From contig CAYOXX010000001.1 of NCBI GenBank assembly GCA_964408025.1, forward strand, positions 79,140-143,139: 64,000 bases of DNA, read 5' to 3'. Position 1 is the stretch's first letter, and each line of letters begins with the position of its first letter. A program made the position numbers and the translations under genes. Below are positions 54,161 to 64,000 of this stretch, piece after piece. The notes under the pieces were generated by a model. It had not been told where the DNA came from. It was given only the letters and a program-made list of their open reading frames with translations, and ran no database searches. The DNA comes from an uncultured Acidobacteriota bacterium. GTDB taxonomy: Bacteria; Acidobacteriota; DATKUA01.

Positions 54161-55336
54161 GTGAACGGAAGAACTAGAATCGTCCTGTTGGTAAGCTCCT
54201 CGGTGCTGCTAGCCCTGATAGCGCTCGCAGCGCTCCTGGGCCAGAGCTACGAGAGCGACGGGATCTACAACAAGCTCGACGTATTTGTCGAGGTGATGCG
54301 GCACATCCGCAGCGACTACGTCGAGCCCGTCGCCTCACGCGACATATTCGACGGCGCCCTGCGGGGAATGGCCGCGACTCTGGACATCGAGAGCAGCTAC
54401 CTGACCGCTGAGGAGTACCTTCGCTACCGCGAGGAGCTGCCGCGGCGCTCCGCCACAACCGGCATCGAGATTCGCAAGCACCCCGGCAGCGGCTACGCCG
54501 AGGTGCTCTTCATCCGCCCCGGCTCTCCCGCCGCCGGCTCCGGCGTCCGGGCCGGCGACTTCATCCGCGCCGTCGACGGCACCTCAACCCGCGACCTGCC
54601 TATTCTGATGATAGGGCTCGTGATGGCCGGCGAACCCGAATCGGTTGCCAGCCTCAGCATCATCCGCACCGGCGTCCGCGGCACGCTTACCTTTGAGGTC
54701 GCCCGGGCGGAGCTGGCGCCCGCTCAGGTAACCCACGAAGCCCTCGACGGCGTCGGCTACATCTCGCTGCCCAGCTTCCGGCTTGGAGTCCTCGAGAGTG
54801 TGCAGTCGGCCTGCGGCGAGTTCCGGGGCACCGGAATCGAGGTCCTGATAATCGACCTGCGCGGTAACGTCGACGGCGACATCGAGGAGGCCGTTCACGT
54901 CGCCGACCTGTTCGTGGCGGACGGCGAGCTGCTGACGCTGCGCACCAAAGGCCGCGACACCGACTACACCGCCGGCGAGTTCGCCATGCCCTTCAACATC
55001 TTCCTGCTCTGCGACGAGTCAACGGCACGCGCGGCCGAGGGATTCGCCGTCGCGCTGGCCGACCGCGGCATTGCGACGATTATCGGCCGGACTACCGCGG
55101 GCCTGGCCACTGTGCAGAGGAGAATCGAGCTTGAAGACGGCGCTCTGCTCAACATATCACACGCGAAGATTATCGGCCCCGGCGGGACGGACTACCACGG
55201 CACCGGTGTCGAGCCATCCGTCGAGGTGCCGACTTCCACCTCGGAGGACGGGGAAGACCTGATTCTGCGGACGGCGCTGGAACGTGCGAGACATCATGCG
55301 ACACGGCAACGGGACTCGGCAGCAGTCGGCGGCTGA
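54161..55336 (+). CDS. S41 (C-terminal processing peptidase) homologue with PDZ domain; catalytic Ser and Lys both substituted
   Basis: GTG start with GAAGAGG upstream. N-terminal TM/signal segment. PDZ block 'GSPAAGSGVRAGDFIRAVDG'. S41 core 'IIDLRGN...' and 'ESTARAAEGFAVALADRG...GRTTAGLATVQ'. Confidence 0.75.
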   Translation: MNGRTRIVLLVSSSVLLALIALAALLGQSYESDGIYNKLDVFVEVMRHIRSDYVEPVASRDIFDGALRGMAATLDIESSYLTAEEYLRYREELPRRSATTGIEIRKHPGSGYAEVLFIRPGSPAAGSGVRAGDFIRAVDGTSTRDLPILMIGLVMAGEPESVASLSIIRTGVRGTLTFEVARAELAPAQVTHEALDGVGYISLPSFRLGVLESVQSACGEFRGTGIEVLIIDLRGNVDGDIEEAVHVADLFVADGELLTLRTKGRDTDYTAGEFAMPFNIFLLCDESTARAAEGFAVALADRGIATIIGRTTAGLATVQRRIELEDGALLNISHAKIIGPGGTDYHGTGVEPSVEVPTSTSEDGEDLILRTALERARHHATRQRDSAAVGG

Positions 55337-56897
55337 TTCCACACCGCTCGCGGCCGGCTCAGGCTCCCGCAAGAACGCGAGGTATCTACGCTGGTTCCTC
55401 GGCGGCGCCGCACTCTGGGCTGTGGCTATACTCCTGCTCTCCCAGCATCTCTTCCTGGGCGACTCACCCGACAACTTCGGCCGCACCCGACAGGGGCTCA
55501 ACGCCGGCCTGCGCGAAACCCTGATCGGCCTCGGCATCAGGCCCGAAGTGCGTAGCGTCCTGGAATCCAGAGAGACCCTCGGCGATGGTGACTACACCTG
55601 GACAGCCCTCAACTGGCGCATCAGGATCGCGGAGGACTTCGATGTGCCGCACGCGCGCAGCCGCCTACAGGCCGCGGTCGAGGCCGCGGGCGCCCGCCCG
55701 GAGATAAGGTGGAACCGCGACGATCGCGAGATACCCCTAATCGTCGAGGCCTACGTAGAAGAGCGGCTCAGCCACAGGCTGTTCTTCATCGCCCCCGCCC
55801 CAGCCACCTTGCACGCGCCTGCACAACCGGCAGCGCTCGACGCAGCCGAGCTACTCGGCGAGCGGTGGCAACTGCTCACCGGGCCCAGGCTCGACCTGGA
55901 TGTCGATCTGCGCGCCGCCCTCGCTCTCGCCGCTCCCAACGGTCCGCCACTACTGGTGCGCGAATACTGGGACACCTCGGTGGCCCACTGGGTAGTCAGC
56001 ATCGACGACGGCGCAAACGCTGGCGACGTAGTGGAAACGCTGCGCCGTCACCTCCCCGAGGGTAGCCTTGCCGTTGCCCCGCCCGGCGAGCACGAGGGGG
56101 AAGCAATCGTCCTGGACATCTCAGCCGGCGGCCGCCTCAGCCATCGCCTAGTGCTCACCGATTACCCCGACGGGCGCGGCCTTGGCAGCGCTGGGCGGCG
56201 CGATGAGAACACGATTTTACTTCTGCCGCCGCGCGCGGCGATCATCATCGACGACATCGGCTTCGACCAGGAGATCGCCGACCAGCTCATGGGATTGGGA
56301 GTGCGCATAACCCTCTCGATCCTGCCGCATCGCCCCTACTCGATGGAGATAGCGTTGCGGGCCCGCAGCCGCAACTTCGAGACGATGCTGCACCTACCGA
56401 TGGAGCCGAGGGGATACCCCGATTCGGACCCGGGCAGAGGCGCCATCTACACCGAGATGGCCAGCGACGAAATCCGCGGGCGCACCGCCGACAACATCGC
56501 CGCCGTCCCCTACGTCTCGGGAGTGAACAACCACATGGGCTCTCGCGCCACGGCGGACCCCAGGGTAGTCAACGACGTGCTGGCCGTAGTCGAGGACCGC
56601 GGCCTCTACTTCGTGGACAGCCGCACCACCGCCGAGACGGTAGTCTTCTCCACCGCCAGGCAACTCGACATACCAACGGCCGAGAGGACCGTTTTCCTGG
56701 ACAACGAAGAGGATGCGGACGTGGCATCCTGCATGCTCCGCCTCGGCGAACTGATTCGGGTAGCCAGGCTCAGAGGCAGCGCCGTGGGGATCGGCCACCC
56801 GCGGGCGACCACTCTGGAGGCGATCAGGCGGATGGCCGGCGAGTTCAGCCGGCACGGCGTCGAGCTGGTCTTCGCCTCCGAGATCGTTTCACTCTAG
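55284..56897 (+). CDS. Divergent polysaccharide deacetylase family protein (YibQ-like) with long N-terminal extension
   Basis: C-terminal 'IIIDDIGF', 'HLPMEP', 'NNHMGS', 'FVDSRTT'. N-terminal TM helix. The start is uncertain (GTG at 55284 or ATG at 55296), and either overlaps the preceding gene. Confidence 0.75.
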   Translation: MRDIMRHGNGTRQQSAADSTPLAAGSGSRKNARYLRWFLGGAALWAVAILLLSQHLFLGDSPDNFGRTRQGLNAGLRETLIGLGIRPEVRSVLESRETLGDGDYTWTALNWRIRIAEDFDVPHARSRLQAAVEAAGARPEIRWNRDDREIPLIVEAYVEERLSHRLFFIAPAPATLHAPAQPAALDAAELLGERWQLLTGPRLDLDVDLRAALALAAPNGPPLLVREYWDTSVAHWVVSIDDGANAGDVVETLRRHLPEGSLAVAPPGEHEGEAIVLDISAGGRLSHRLVLTDYPDGRGLGSAGRRDENTILLLPPRAAIIIDDIGFDQEIADQLMGLGVRITLSILPHRPYSMEIALRARSRNFETMLHLPMEPRGYPDSDPGRGAIYTEMASDEIRGRTADNIAAVPYVSGVNNHMGSRATADPRVVNDVLAVVEDRGLYFVDSRTTAETVVFSTARQLDIPTAERTVFLDNEEDADVASCMLRLGELIRVARLRGSAVGIGHPRATTLEAIRRMAGEFSRHGVELVFASEIVSL

Positions 56898-56934
56898 AAA
56901 ATTGCTGCGGCGAATCCTAGCGGAGGGACAGTCA

Positions 56935-57876
56935 ATGGAAGCCCAAGACTTCGACGTCGTCATCATCGGCGGCGGCCCGGCGGGTCTGACCGCAGGTATG
57001 TATGCGGGCCGCGCCATGATGAAGACGGTGCTGCTGGAGCGCATGATCCCCGGCGGGCAGATGAACAACACCGACCTGATTGAAAACTACCCCGGCTTCG
57101 AGAGCGTCGCCGGCGCCGAGCTGGCTAAGCGCTTCGCCGAACACGCCGTGGCCCACGGCTGCGAGATACGCCAGGAGTACGTCGAGGAGATCTCCTGTTG
57201 CGAGGGGCATTACAAAATGGTGCACAGCGACCAGGGCCTCTACCGCGCCAAGGTGGTCGTTCTGGCACCCGGAGGCGAGAACCGCAAGCTCAACGTACCC
57301 GGCGAGCGTAAGCTCGCCGGCCGCGGAGTCAGCTACTGCGCAATCTGCGACGGCGCCTTCTTCCGCGACCAGGTGATCGCAGTCGTCGGCGGCGGAGATG
57401 CGGCGGTCAAGGAGGCGATCTTCCTGACTAGGTTTGGCTCCAAGGTGCTCATCATCCACCGCCGCGACGAGCTTAGAGCGCGGGTGCGCGCCCAGAAAGA
57501 GGCTTTCGAAAATCCAAAAATAGAGATCATATGGGACAGTGTGGTCGACGAAATCCAAGGCGATGAGAAGGTTTCGCACCTGCTCCTCAGAAACGTCAAG
57601 ACTGGCGAGAAATCGAAGCTGGAAGTTGGCGCTGTATTCATCTTCATAGGTTTCGTTCCCAACTCGGGTTTGGTCAAAGACGCCGTGGAGACCGACGACG
57701 GGGGCTACATAATCACCAACGCGCGCATGGAGACCTCCATCCCGGGGCTCTACGCCATTGGCGACGTGAAGCCCAACATCTGCAAGCAGGTGAGCGTAAG
57801 CGTCGGGGAGGGCACCCTGGCGGCGGTCGACGCGCAGCACTACATCGGCGAGGGGCGCGCGCAGGGCATGTGGTAA
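56935..57876 (+). CDS. trxB: Thioredoxin-disulfide reductase
   Basis: 'VVIIGGGPAG', redox 'CAICDG', 'VVGGGDAAV'. The ATG at 56935 has GGAGGGA upstream. Confidence 0.9.
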   Translation: MEAQDFDVVIIGGGPAGLTAGMYAGRAMMKTVLLERMIPGGQMNNTDLIENYPGFESVAGAELAKRFAEHAVAHGCEIRQEYVEEISCCEGHYKMVHSDQGLYRAKVVVLAPGGENRKLNVPGERKLAGRGVSYCAICDGAFFRDQVIAVVGGGDAAVKEAIFLTRFGSKVLIIHRRDELRARVRAQKEAFENPKIEIIWDSVVDEIQGDEKVSHLLLRNVKTGEKSKLEVGAVFIFIGFVPNSGLVKDAVETDDGGYIITNARMETSIPGLYAIGDVKPNICKQVSVSVGEGTLAAVDAQHYIGEGRAQGMW

Positions 57877-57989
57877 CGAACTTTCCCTCAACTCCCAAGA
57901 TATGCTATATAGACAGGGAGATATCGCTCCATAATTGGAATCCTGAAACAGATGCGGATCGGCTCCGCGGCCGACGCAAGAGTGTGACT

Positions 57990-58724
57990 ATGGGAACCGG
58001 GAAGCGTTCGACAACTTTTCTCGAGGCGGCCAGAACCGTACTCGAAGAAATGAAAGTACCTATGCACTTCAAGAAGATCACCGAGCTCGCCATCCAGAAG
58101 AGGTACCTGCGCAGCAGGGGCAAGACTCCTGAATGGACTATGGGCGCCAGGCTCTCCGTAGACGTCAAGGAGAAGGGATCACGCAGCGAGTTCAACAGGA
58201 TCGGCAGCGGCCGCTACGGCTTGCGGAAGTGGAAAAGGGGTACGGGGGCCAGAGCTTCCGTCGACGCCGCAGAGGGCGACGCCGGCGGGCGCAGGTACTG
58301 GCTGGTGAGCGTCGAGCCCGAAAATTTCGACGCCGACGATAAGGCCGGCAGCCTCGACACCATCGGCGTCAGGTACCGCATGCGCAATACGCTGGCCACG
58401 CTTCAGCCCGGCGACCGCGTGGTCATCTACATCAAGAAGGTCGCGGCCTTCGGAGCAATCATGGAGGTGAGCGGGCCTGCCTACGGCGACCACAGCCCCC
58501 GCTGGCCTGTGGGCAGCCCCCAGCTATCGTCGCGGATCCCTTGCAAGCCCACGCTAGTGCTCGCGGACCGCAAGCTGGACGCGCGCCCACTATACGCGCG
58601 GCTGGAGGTGTTCACGCAGTACCCCGCCAAGCACCGCACGCTCGCGCTGCGCAACGGCATCACGGGAATCGGCGCGGAAGACTACCGGGAAATCGAGCGG
58701 GCCATGAGCGCAAGCCTGGCGTAG
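57990..58724 (+). CDS. HARE-HTH (winged helix) + EVE/PUA-like domain fusion protein
   Basis: N-terminal 'TFLEAARTVLEEMKVPMHFKKITELAI...FNRIGSGRYGLRKW' matches the HARE-HTH pattern. C-terminal 'RYWLVSVEPENF...LQPGDRVVIYIKK..AFGAIMEV' matches the EVE/ASCH-type PUA-like pattern. Confidence 0.6.
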   Translation: MGTGKRSTTFLEAARTVLEEMKVPMHFKKITELAIQKRYLRSRGKTPEWTMGARLSVDVKEKGSRSEFNRIGSGRYGLRKWKRGTGARASVDAAEGDAGGRRYWLVSVEPENFDADDKAGSLDTIGVRYRMRNTLATLQPGDRVVIYIKKVAAFGAIMEVSGPAYGDHSPRWPVGSPQLSSRIPCKPTLVLADRKLDARPLYARLEVFTQYPAKHRTLALRNGITGIGAEDYREIERAMSASLA

Positions 58725-58730
58725 GCTGCG

Positions 58731-59420
58731 CTACCGCTGCCCCTCGTCGCTATAGGGTCTGCCGGCCTGGTCGACGGTAACCTTCAGCTTGGAGAGAATC
58801 TCAGCCAGGCGTCTGTCTTTTTCCCAGATGTTCAGCACGTTATCTATGACGTACGGCTCACGGTTCTGGGGAATCAGCTTGATGCGCCCCGACATCGCCA
58901 GCGCCAACTCGAACACGTCGCCGATCTCCCGCGTGTAGCTGAGATTAGGGGCGTTGATCCTCTCGGTATCGCTGAGCAGGCCGTGGCGGTGGAACAGCTC
59001 GTTGTGCCTGACGTCCCAGTAGTTGAAGCGGGTCCTGATCCAGACCAAAGCAAACACGATGATGAAGAACAGGAAGTAGTAGTAGTAGAAACTGGAGTTC
59101 ATGCCCAGGTCGAACGAGGCGACGAAAGCGAAAATCGCTGGCCAAGCGTTCAGCAGCCAGAGGATGATCCCGCCCAGGACGACGGTGATGACGATAATGA
59201 TGGTCATCAGGATGGAGAAATCGAAGGCGAAGATCAGGACGTTGATGCTGAACACGAGCATGAAGATCAGATTCCAGTTCCTGTTGGCCTCGGCGGTGTC
59301 GATGAGACTCAGGAGAGAAAGCAGGGCGACGATGCCCGCAAGCACTACCGACGGGTAGAAGAAAATTACCTTGGGCCAAGGTCTGATTCGGACGAAGTTG
59401 TTCGGCTGCTGCTTTGCCAT
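58731..59420 (-). CDS. Membrane protein, 4 TM helices + C-terminal bacterial-PH-like domain (hypothetical)
   Basis: The ATG at 59420 is preceded by GGGGGAAA. Hydrophobic segments were read from the translation. No catalytic motif was recognised. Confidence 0.5.
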   Translation of the reverse strand: MAKQQPNNFVRIRPWPKVIFFYPSVVLAGIVALLSLLSLIDTAEANRNWNLIFMLVFSINVLIFAFDFSILMTIIIVITVVLGGIILWLLNAWPAIFAFVASFDLGMNSSFYYYYFLFFIIVFALVWIRTRFNYWDVRHNELFHRHGLLSDTERINAPNLSYTREIGDVFELALAMSGRIKLIPQNREPYVIDNVLNIWEKDRRLAEILSKLKVTVDQAGRPYSDEGQR

Positions 59421-59592
59421 GATTTCCCCCTTTGTTAGCCAGCGGAAAAAACAGATCGTAGTGCAGAGCGAGCGCACCGGTCAAGCCGATGACGCCTTGT
59501 TTTCCGGTCGGCGGGTGCTTTACTTTTCGTCGGCGGTTTTGCTATCTTGGCGTAACTCGTGCAGGGAAAGCCATAATCCCGGGAGGAGTAAG

Positions 59593-61185
59593 ATGAGGAT
59601 CGGAGATCTCCTGGCGCAAACCGTAGAGCGGTCGCGCCATCGCCCGGCAATAATCTACAAGGGCCAGAAGATCAACTACAACCATTTCGATCAGGCCGCC
59701 AACCGGGCCGGCCACGGCCTCAAGAAGATCGGAGTCGAAACCGGCGGCAAGGTGGCGATCCTGCTGGAAAACCGTCCCGAATATCTCCATTTCTACTACG
59801 GCATCAGCCGAATCGGCGGCGTAATCGTGCCGATAAACAACTTCCTGAAGGGCGAGGAGATCAAGTACATGCTCGAGGACTGCGGCGTCCACACGCTCGT
59901 GACCTCCCCCCACTACTACTCGGCCGAGATCAAGGGTATCGAGAACAAGCTGACTACGGTCAGGAACATCGTCTTCGTCGGCGAGCCCCACGAGCTTGAC
60001 GAACTAGAATACGCCGACACCGAGATAGATTACGTCCGCCACCAGTCCTTCCACTCCCTGCCGCACGATGCGCCGGAACCGACCAGCGATTTCGGCCCCG
60101 AAGACCTGGCGGTGATCATCTACACATCCGGCACAACGGGCCACCCGAAGGGCGCCATGCTGAGCCACCGCAACATAGTCGCCAACTCGACGAGCTGCAC
60201 CCACGTCCTCGAGATCAACCGCAAGGACAAGATCCTCCTATTCCTGCCGATGTTCCACTCCTTCACCGAAATGGTTTGCATGGTCCTGCCGGTGCATATG
60301 GGCATACCGATAGTGATCGTGGAACGGATCGACAGAGTCGAAATCCGCGCCGCGATCCGCCGCTACCGACCTACTCTCTTCGTCGGCGTCCCGAGCATCT
60401 ACAGCGCTCTGCTGGGCGCCAAGCTGAATCCGCTCATGCGGATGCTCAATCCCGTGCGACTCTACATCAGCGGTGGGGCTCCCCTGCCCGTCGAGGTTCT
60501 CCGCAAGTTCGAGGAGAAATTCAGGCGGCCGCTGATCGAGGGTTACGGGCTCAGCGAAGCCTCGCCCGTGGTCAGCGTCAACCCGATCGAGGGGCCGCGC
60601 AAGCCCGGATCAGTCGGCCTGACGGTCGTCGGCGTTGAGGTCAAGATAGTCGACGAAGATGACAAAGAGGTTGCCAACGACGCCGACGGCGAGATCCTCG
60701 TGCGCGGAGAAAACGTCATGTCGGGCTACTACAACCAGCCCGAGGAGACGGCCAAGACGCTGAAAGACGGCTGGCTCTACACCGGCGACGTCGGCCACCG
60801 CGACGAGGACGGCTACATCTTCATCGTCGAGCGCAAGAAGGACATGCTCATCTACCGCGGCTGCAACATCTACCCGCGCGAGGTCGAGGAGGTCCTCTAC
60901 AAGCACCCGGCGATCGAGGACACCGCAGTCGTCGGCGTACCCGACGCTTCGCGCGGCGAGATGCCCAAGGCGTTCGTAATCCTCAAGGAGGGCGCCCACG
61001 CCACGGAGAAGGAGCTGAAGAAGTTCTGCATGGAGCACCTGGCGCGCTACAAGGTCCCGAGAATCTTCAGCTTCGAGACCGAGCTGCCGCGCACGGCCAC
61101 CGGCAAGGTGCTCAAGAAGGAGCTTCGCAAGCGGGTCCTGCAGGAGCAGCAGGAAAAGATGGGCGGCGCCGAGGAGGAATCCTGA
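59593..61185 (+). CDS. Long-chain-fatty-acid--CoA ligase (AMP-dependent synthetase)
   Basis: The ATG at 59593 has GGGAGGAG upstream. 'IIYTSGTTGHPKGAMLSH', 'GWLYTGDVG', 'PRTATGKVLK'. Confidence 0.9.
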   Translation: MRIGDLLAQTVERSRHRPAIIYKGQKINYNHFDQAANRAGHGLKKIGVETGGKVAILLENRPEYLHFYYGISRIGGVIVPINNFLKGEEIKYMLEDCGVHTLVTSPHYYSAEIKGIENKLTTVRNIVFVGEPHELDELEYADTEIDYVRHQSFHSLPHDAPEPTSDFGPEDLAVIIYTSGTTGHPKGAMLSHRNIVANSTSCTHVLEINRKDKILLFLPMFHSFTEMVCMVLPVHMGIPIVIVERIDRVEIRAAIRRYRPTLFVGVPSIYSALLGAKLNPLMRMLNPVRLYISGGAPLPVEVLRKFEEKFRRPLIEGYGLSEASPVVSVNPIEGPRKPGSVGLTVVGVEVKIVDEDDKEVANDADGEILVRGENVMSGYYNQPEETAKTLKDGWLYTGDVGHRDEDGYIFIVERKKDMLIYRGCNIYPREVEEVLYKHPAIEDTAVVGVPDASRGEMPKAFVILKEGAHATEKELKKFCMEHLARYKVPRIFSFETELPRTATGKVLKKELRKRVLQEQQEKMGGAEEES

Positions 61186-61340
61186 CGCCGCGCGCTTATA
61201 ACAGCGCCGCAAAGCGGCCGATGTAGTCCTGATCCCAATGCGAATGAACAGGTCCGCCATCCCACTGCCCGGCGGATGTCCGCTGCAGTTTTACTTACTC
61301 CCTGAAATGTGAAAAGATTTCCGTACCGCGGGAGATTCGG

Positions 61341-63334
61341 ATGAGCCGGGACGAAACCAATCACGAATCGGAGCGTGAGGCCGTCCTGACAAACTCCGTG
61401 CAGCCGTGGCAGCCGATACTGCTGGCTCTGGTTTCCATGTGGGTGCTCTTCTATCCTCTGCTGGAGCGGGGCGCCGAGGAGACCGAAATCCAGGGGGACT
61501 CGGTAAAATATTTCGCCTGGTTGCAAACGGTGTTCGAAGACGGCGACCTGCAGTTCGCCGACGACTTCGCCGAGCTGAATCCCGGCATCTCCGAATTCCA
61601 CCTCCGGATTCTGCCCAGCGGCCACACGCCCAACTACTTCACCATCGGGGCGCCGGTCCTCTGGTCGCCCTTCTACCTGGCCGGCAAAGCCTTCGTCGGT
61701 TTGGTCGGTGTCCCCGACCGGGCCGCGGAGCTAGATATCCTCATCGCCGCTGTGCGCTTCGGCACGCGATGCTACGCTGTCCTGGCGCTCTTCCTGATGT
61801 TTTTCATAACAAGGCGATTTTTCGATTCCAGGATCGCCCTGCTCGGATCGCTCGCCGCCTACTTCGGCACCGCCTTCTACCTCTACGGCCAGTTCAACAC
61901 CGTCAACTCCCACGCCGCCGGCGCCTTCTGCTGCGCCCTGTTCGTCTACTACTGCCTGAGGACGGGTCCGGACAGGGGCGTCCGCCGCTGGGCGATAGTC
62001 GGCCTGCTCGCCGGCCTGGTGATCCTCTGCCGCCTGCAGGATTGCGTCCTGCTTCTCTGGCTGGCAGTGGAGCAAGCCCCGAGGCTTACGGCAGCTCTCA
62101 GGCGACCTTCGTCGCTGCCGAGACTTCTCCTGCGCTACCTCGTCGCTCTGGTTGTTCTGCTTCTCGTCCTGGCGTCACAAATAGTCGCCTGGACCGTAAT
62201 CTTCGGGCCGTTCAAGTCCCCGCTCGACTACAACGCCAACCAGGCTTTCTGGACGCGGCCGGAGTTATTGAACACCCTTTTCTCGTCCCGGCACGGGCTT
62301 TTCAGTTGGCACCCGCTGACATACCTGGCGATAATCGGATTGGTCTGCATGCTGTTTCGCCACAGGAAGGAGGCGATGGCGGCGCTGGCGGTCTTCCTGG
62401 CGCTGTTTTTTGTGAACGCCGCCATGGCCGACTGGTGGGGTGGCCACTCCTTCGGCATGCGCCGCTTCGTCAGCCTTTCGTTTGTATTCGCCATCGGTAT
62501 CACCGCCTTCGCCGAAGCCTTCGCGGCGCTGTTGAAAAAGCGCGCGGAGGCGGCAGTGTTGGTCGGGGTGCTGCTGCTGGCGTGGTGGAACGTCGACCTG
62601 GCGGGACTATACCTCGACGACACAATACCCCACGACAACCCACCACCCATGGAGGCAGTGGCGGCCCGGCAGTTGGACAGCTGGTTCTTCGGCTACCCGT
62701 TCGCCTTCCCGGGAAACCTGATTCAGTCGCGGCTGCTGGGCGTCGAGTCCTACAGCGAGGCCGACTGGCTCGCTTCCCGTTACCTGTTCTATCGTCATGG
62801 TAACCTGGGTGGCGTAATCGAGCCCGGGTTCCCTTCCTTCAGGGACGGCTTCAGCAGGCCGAGAGGGAGCGGGGGCGGGACTGCGGCCTACCGACTGCTC
62901 GGCGGCCCAAAGGGTGTTGTGCTGCTCAACCGGCGCCATCTATTACCGGAGGAGCCGGTCAGGACTCTGGCCATCGACGCGGAAGTCATCTCGCAACTCG
63001 ACGGCGACGAGGTGCCGGTGATCGAGGTGGTCATCAACGGCCGCCAGCTCAAGGTCCTCTCGGGCACGCGGGGCTTGGTTTACCTGTGGGGGCCCGTCTT
63101 CTTCCGCACAAGCGACTGGCGCCTGGGAATGAACAAGCTGGAGTTGAACCTACTAGTCGGCCGCCGGGATCGCCTCGAGCGCTACCGCAGCCGGGGATTC
63201 GATCCCTCCGCGGACGACAGCCTTGTTGCCAACGCCGGGCAGTACCGGCTCAGGATCTATCTGCTCAAGTTCTACGACAGGAAGATCTCCAATCTCGAGG
63301 GTTACGAGACGAGGTCGCGAAGGAGGCAGCGCAA

Positions 63335-63338
<4 letters not shown>
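61341..63338 (+). CDS. Large polytopic membrane protein, possible GT-C-fold (ArnT/PMT-like) glycosyltransferase
   Basis: More than 10 TM helices, an acidic first loop 'GDSVKYFAWLQTVFEDGDLQFADD' and a soluble C-terminal domain. The function is inferred. Confidence 0.5.

Positions 63339-64000
<662 letters not shown>

Noticed and set aside
61406-62803. 465-aa alternative-frame ORF on the same strand as the 61341-63338 membrane protein
   Set aside because: The product is Arg/Pro/Gly-rich with no TM or domain pattern. The overlapping 665-aa frame gives a coherent polytopic membrane protein.

Overview
High-GC bacterial chromosome segment from a diderm organism (lpxB/msbA-like pair, RND pump, BON protein, sigma-54 activator). 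No finer taxonomy is possible from the sequence alone. Most of the 64 kb is tightly packed housekeeping on both strands: uvrD-family helicase, recJ-grpE, accA, dnaE, guaA, priA, udg-coaBC-rpoZ-gmk-yicC, msbA-like-lpxB, ribF, thiL, nrdR, thiolase-hbd, envC-ctp-yibQ, trxB and an acyl-CoA ligase. No integrase, transposase, CRISPR array or rRNA was seen. One tRNA-Arg(CCG) lies at 6939-7013. The one clearly accessory stretch is 9.1-18.3 kb. It holds three co-directional genes for large secreted proteins joined by cohesin-like and dockerin-like modules: (1) an M6 metalloprotease with three 78-aa modules and a dockerin; (2) a lipase-type alpha/beta-hydrolase with three copies of the same module, a cohesin and a dockerin; (3) a cohesin, four Ig-like repeats and two CARDB domains. 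I read this as an uncharacterised non-cellulosomal assembly that displays a protease and a lipase, and it is my lead candidate. Gene 2 is also a compositional chimera: about 2.5 kb at its 5' end is AT-rich, and its 3' modules are about 88% identical in DNA to those of gene 1. Secondary observations are an S41 'protease' that has lost both catalytic residues next to a degenerate-LytM EnvC, an RND permease with a roughly 170-aa hydrophobic insertion, a HARE-HTH/EVE fusion protein, a GT2 plus large GT-C-like membrane protein set, and a conserved hairpin at two gene ends. Everything rests on reading the translations and the DNA by eye. No searches or computations were run, and G+C values are hand counts of a few 60-nt lines.
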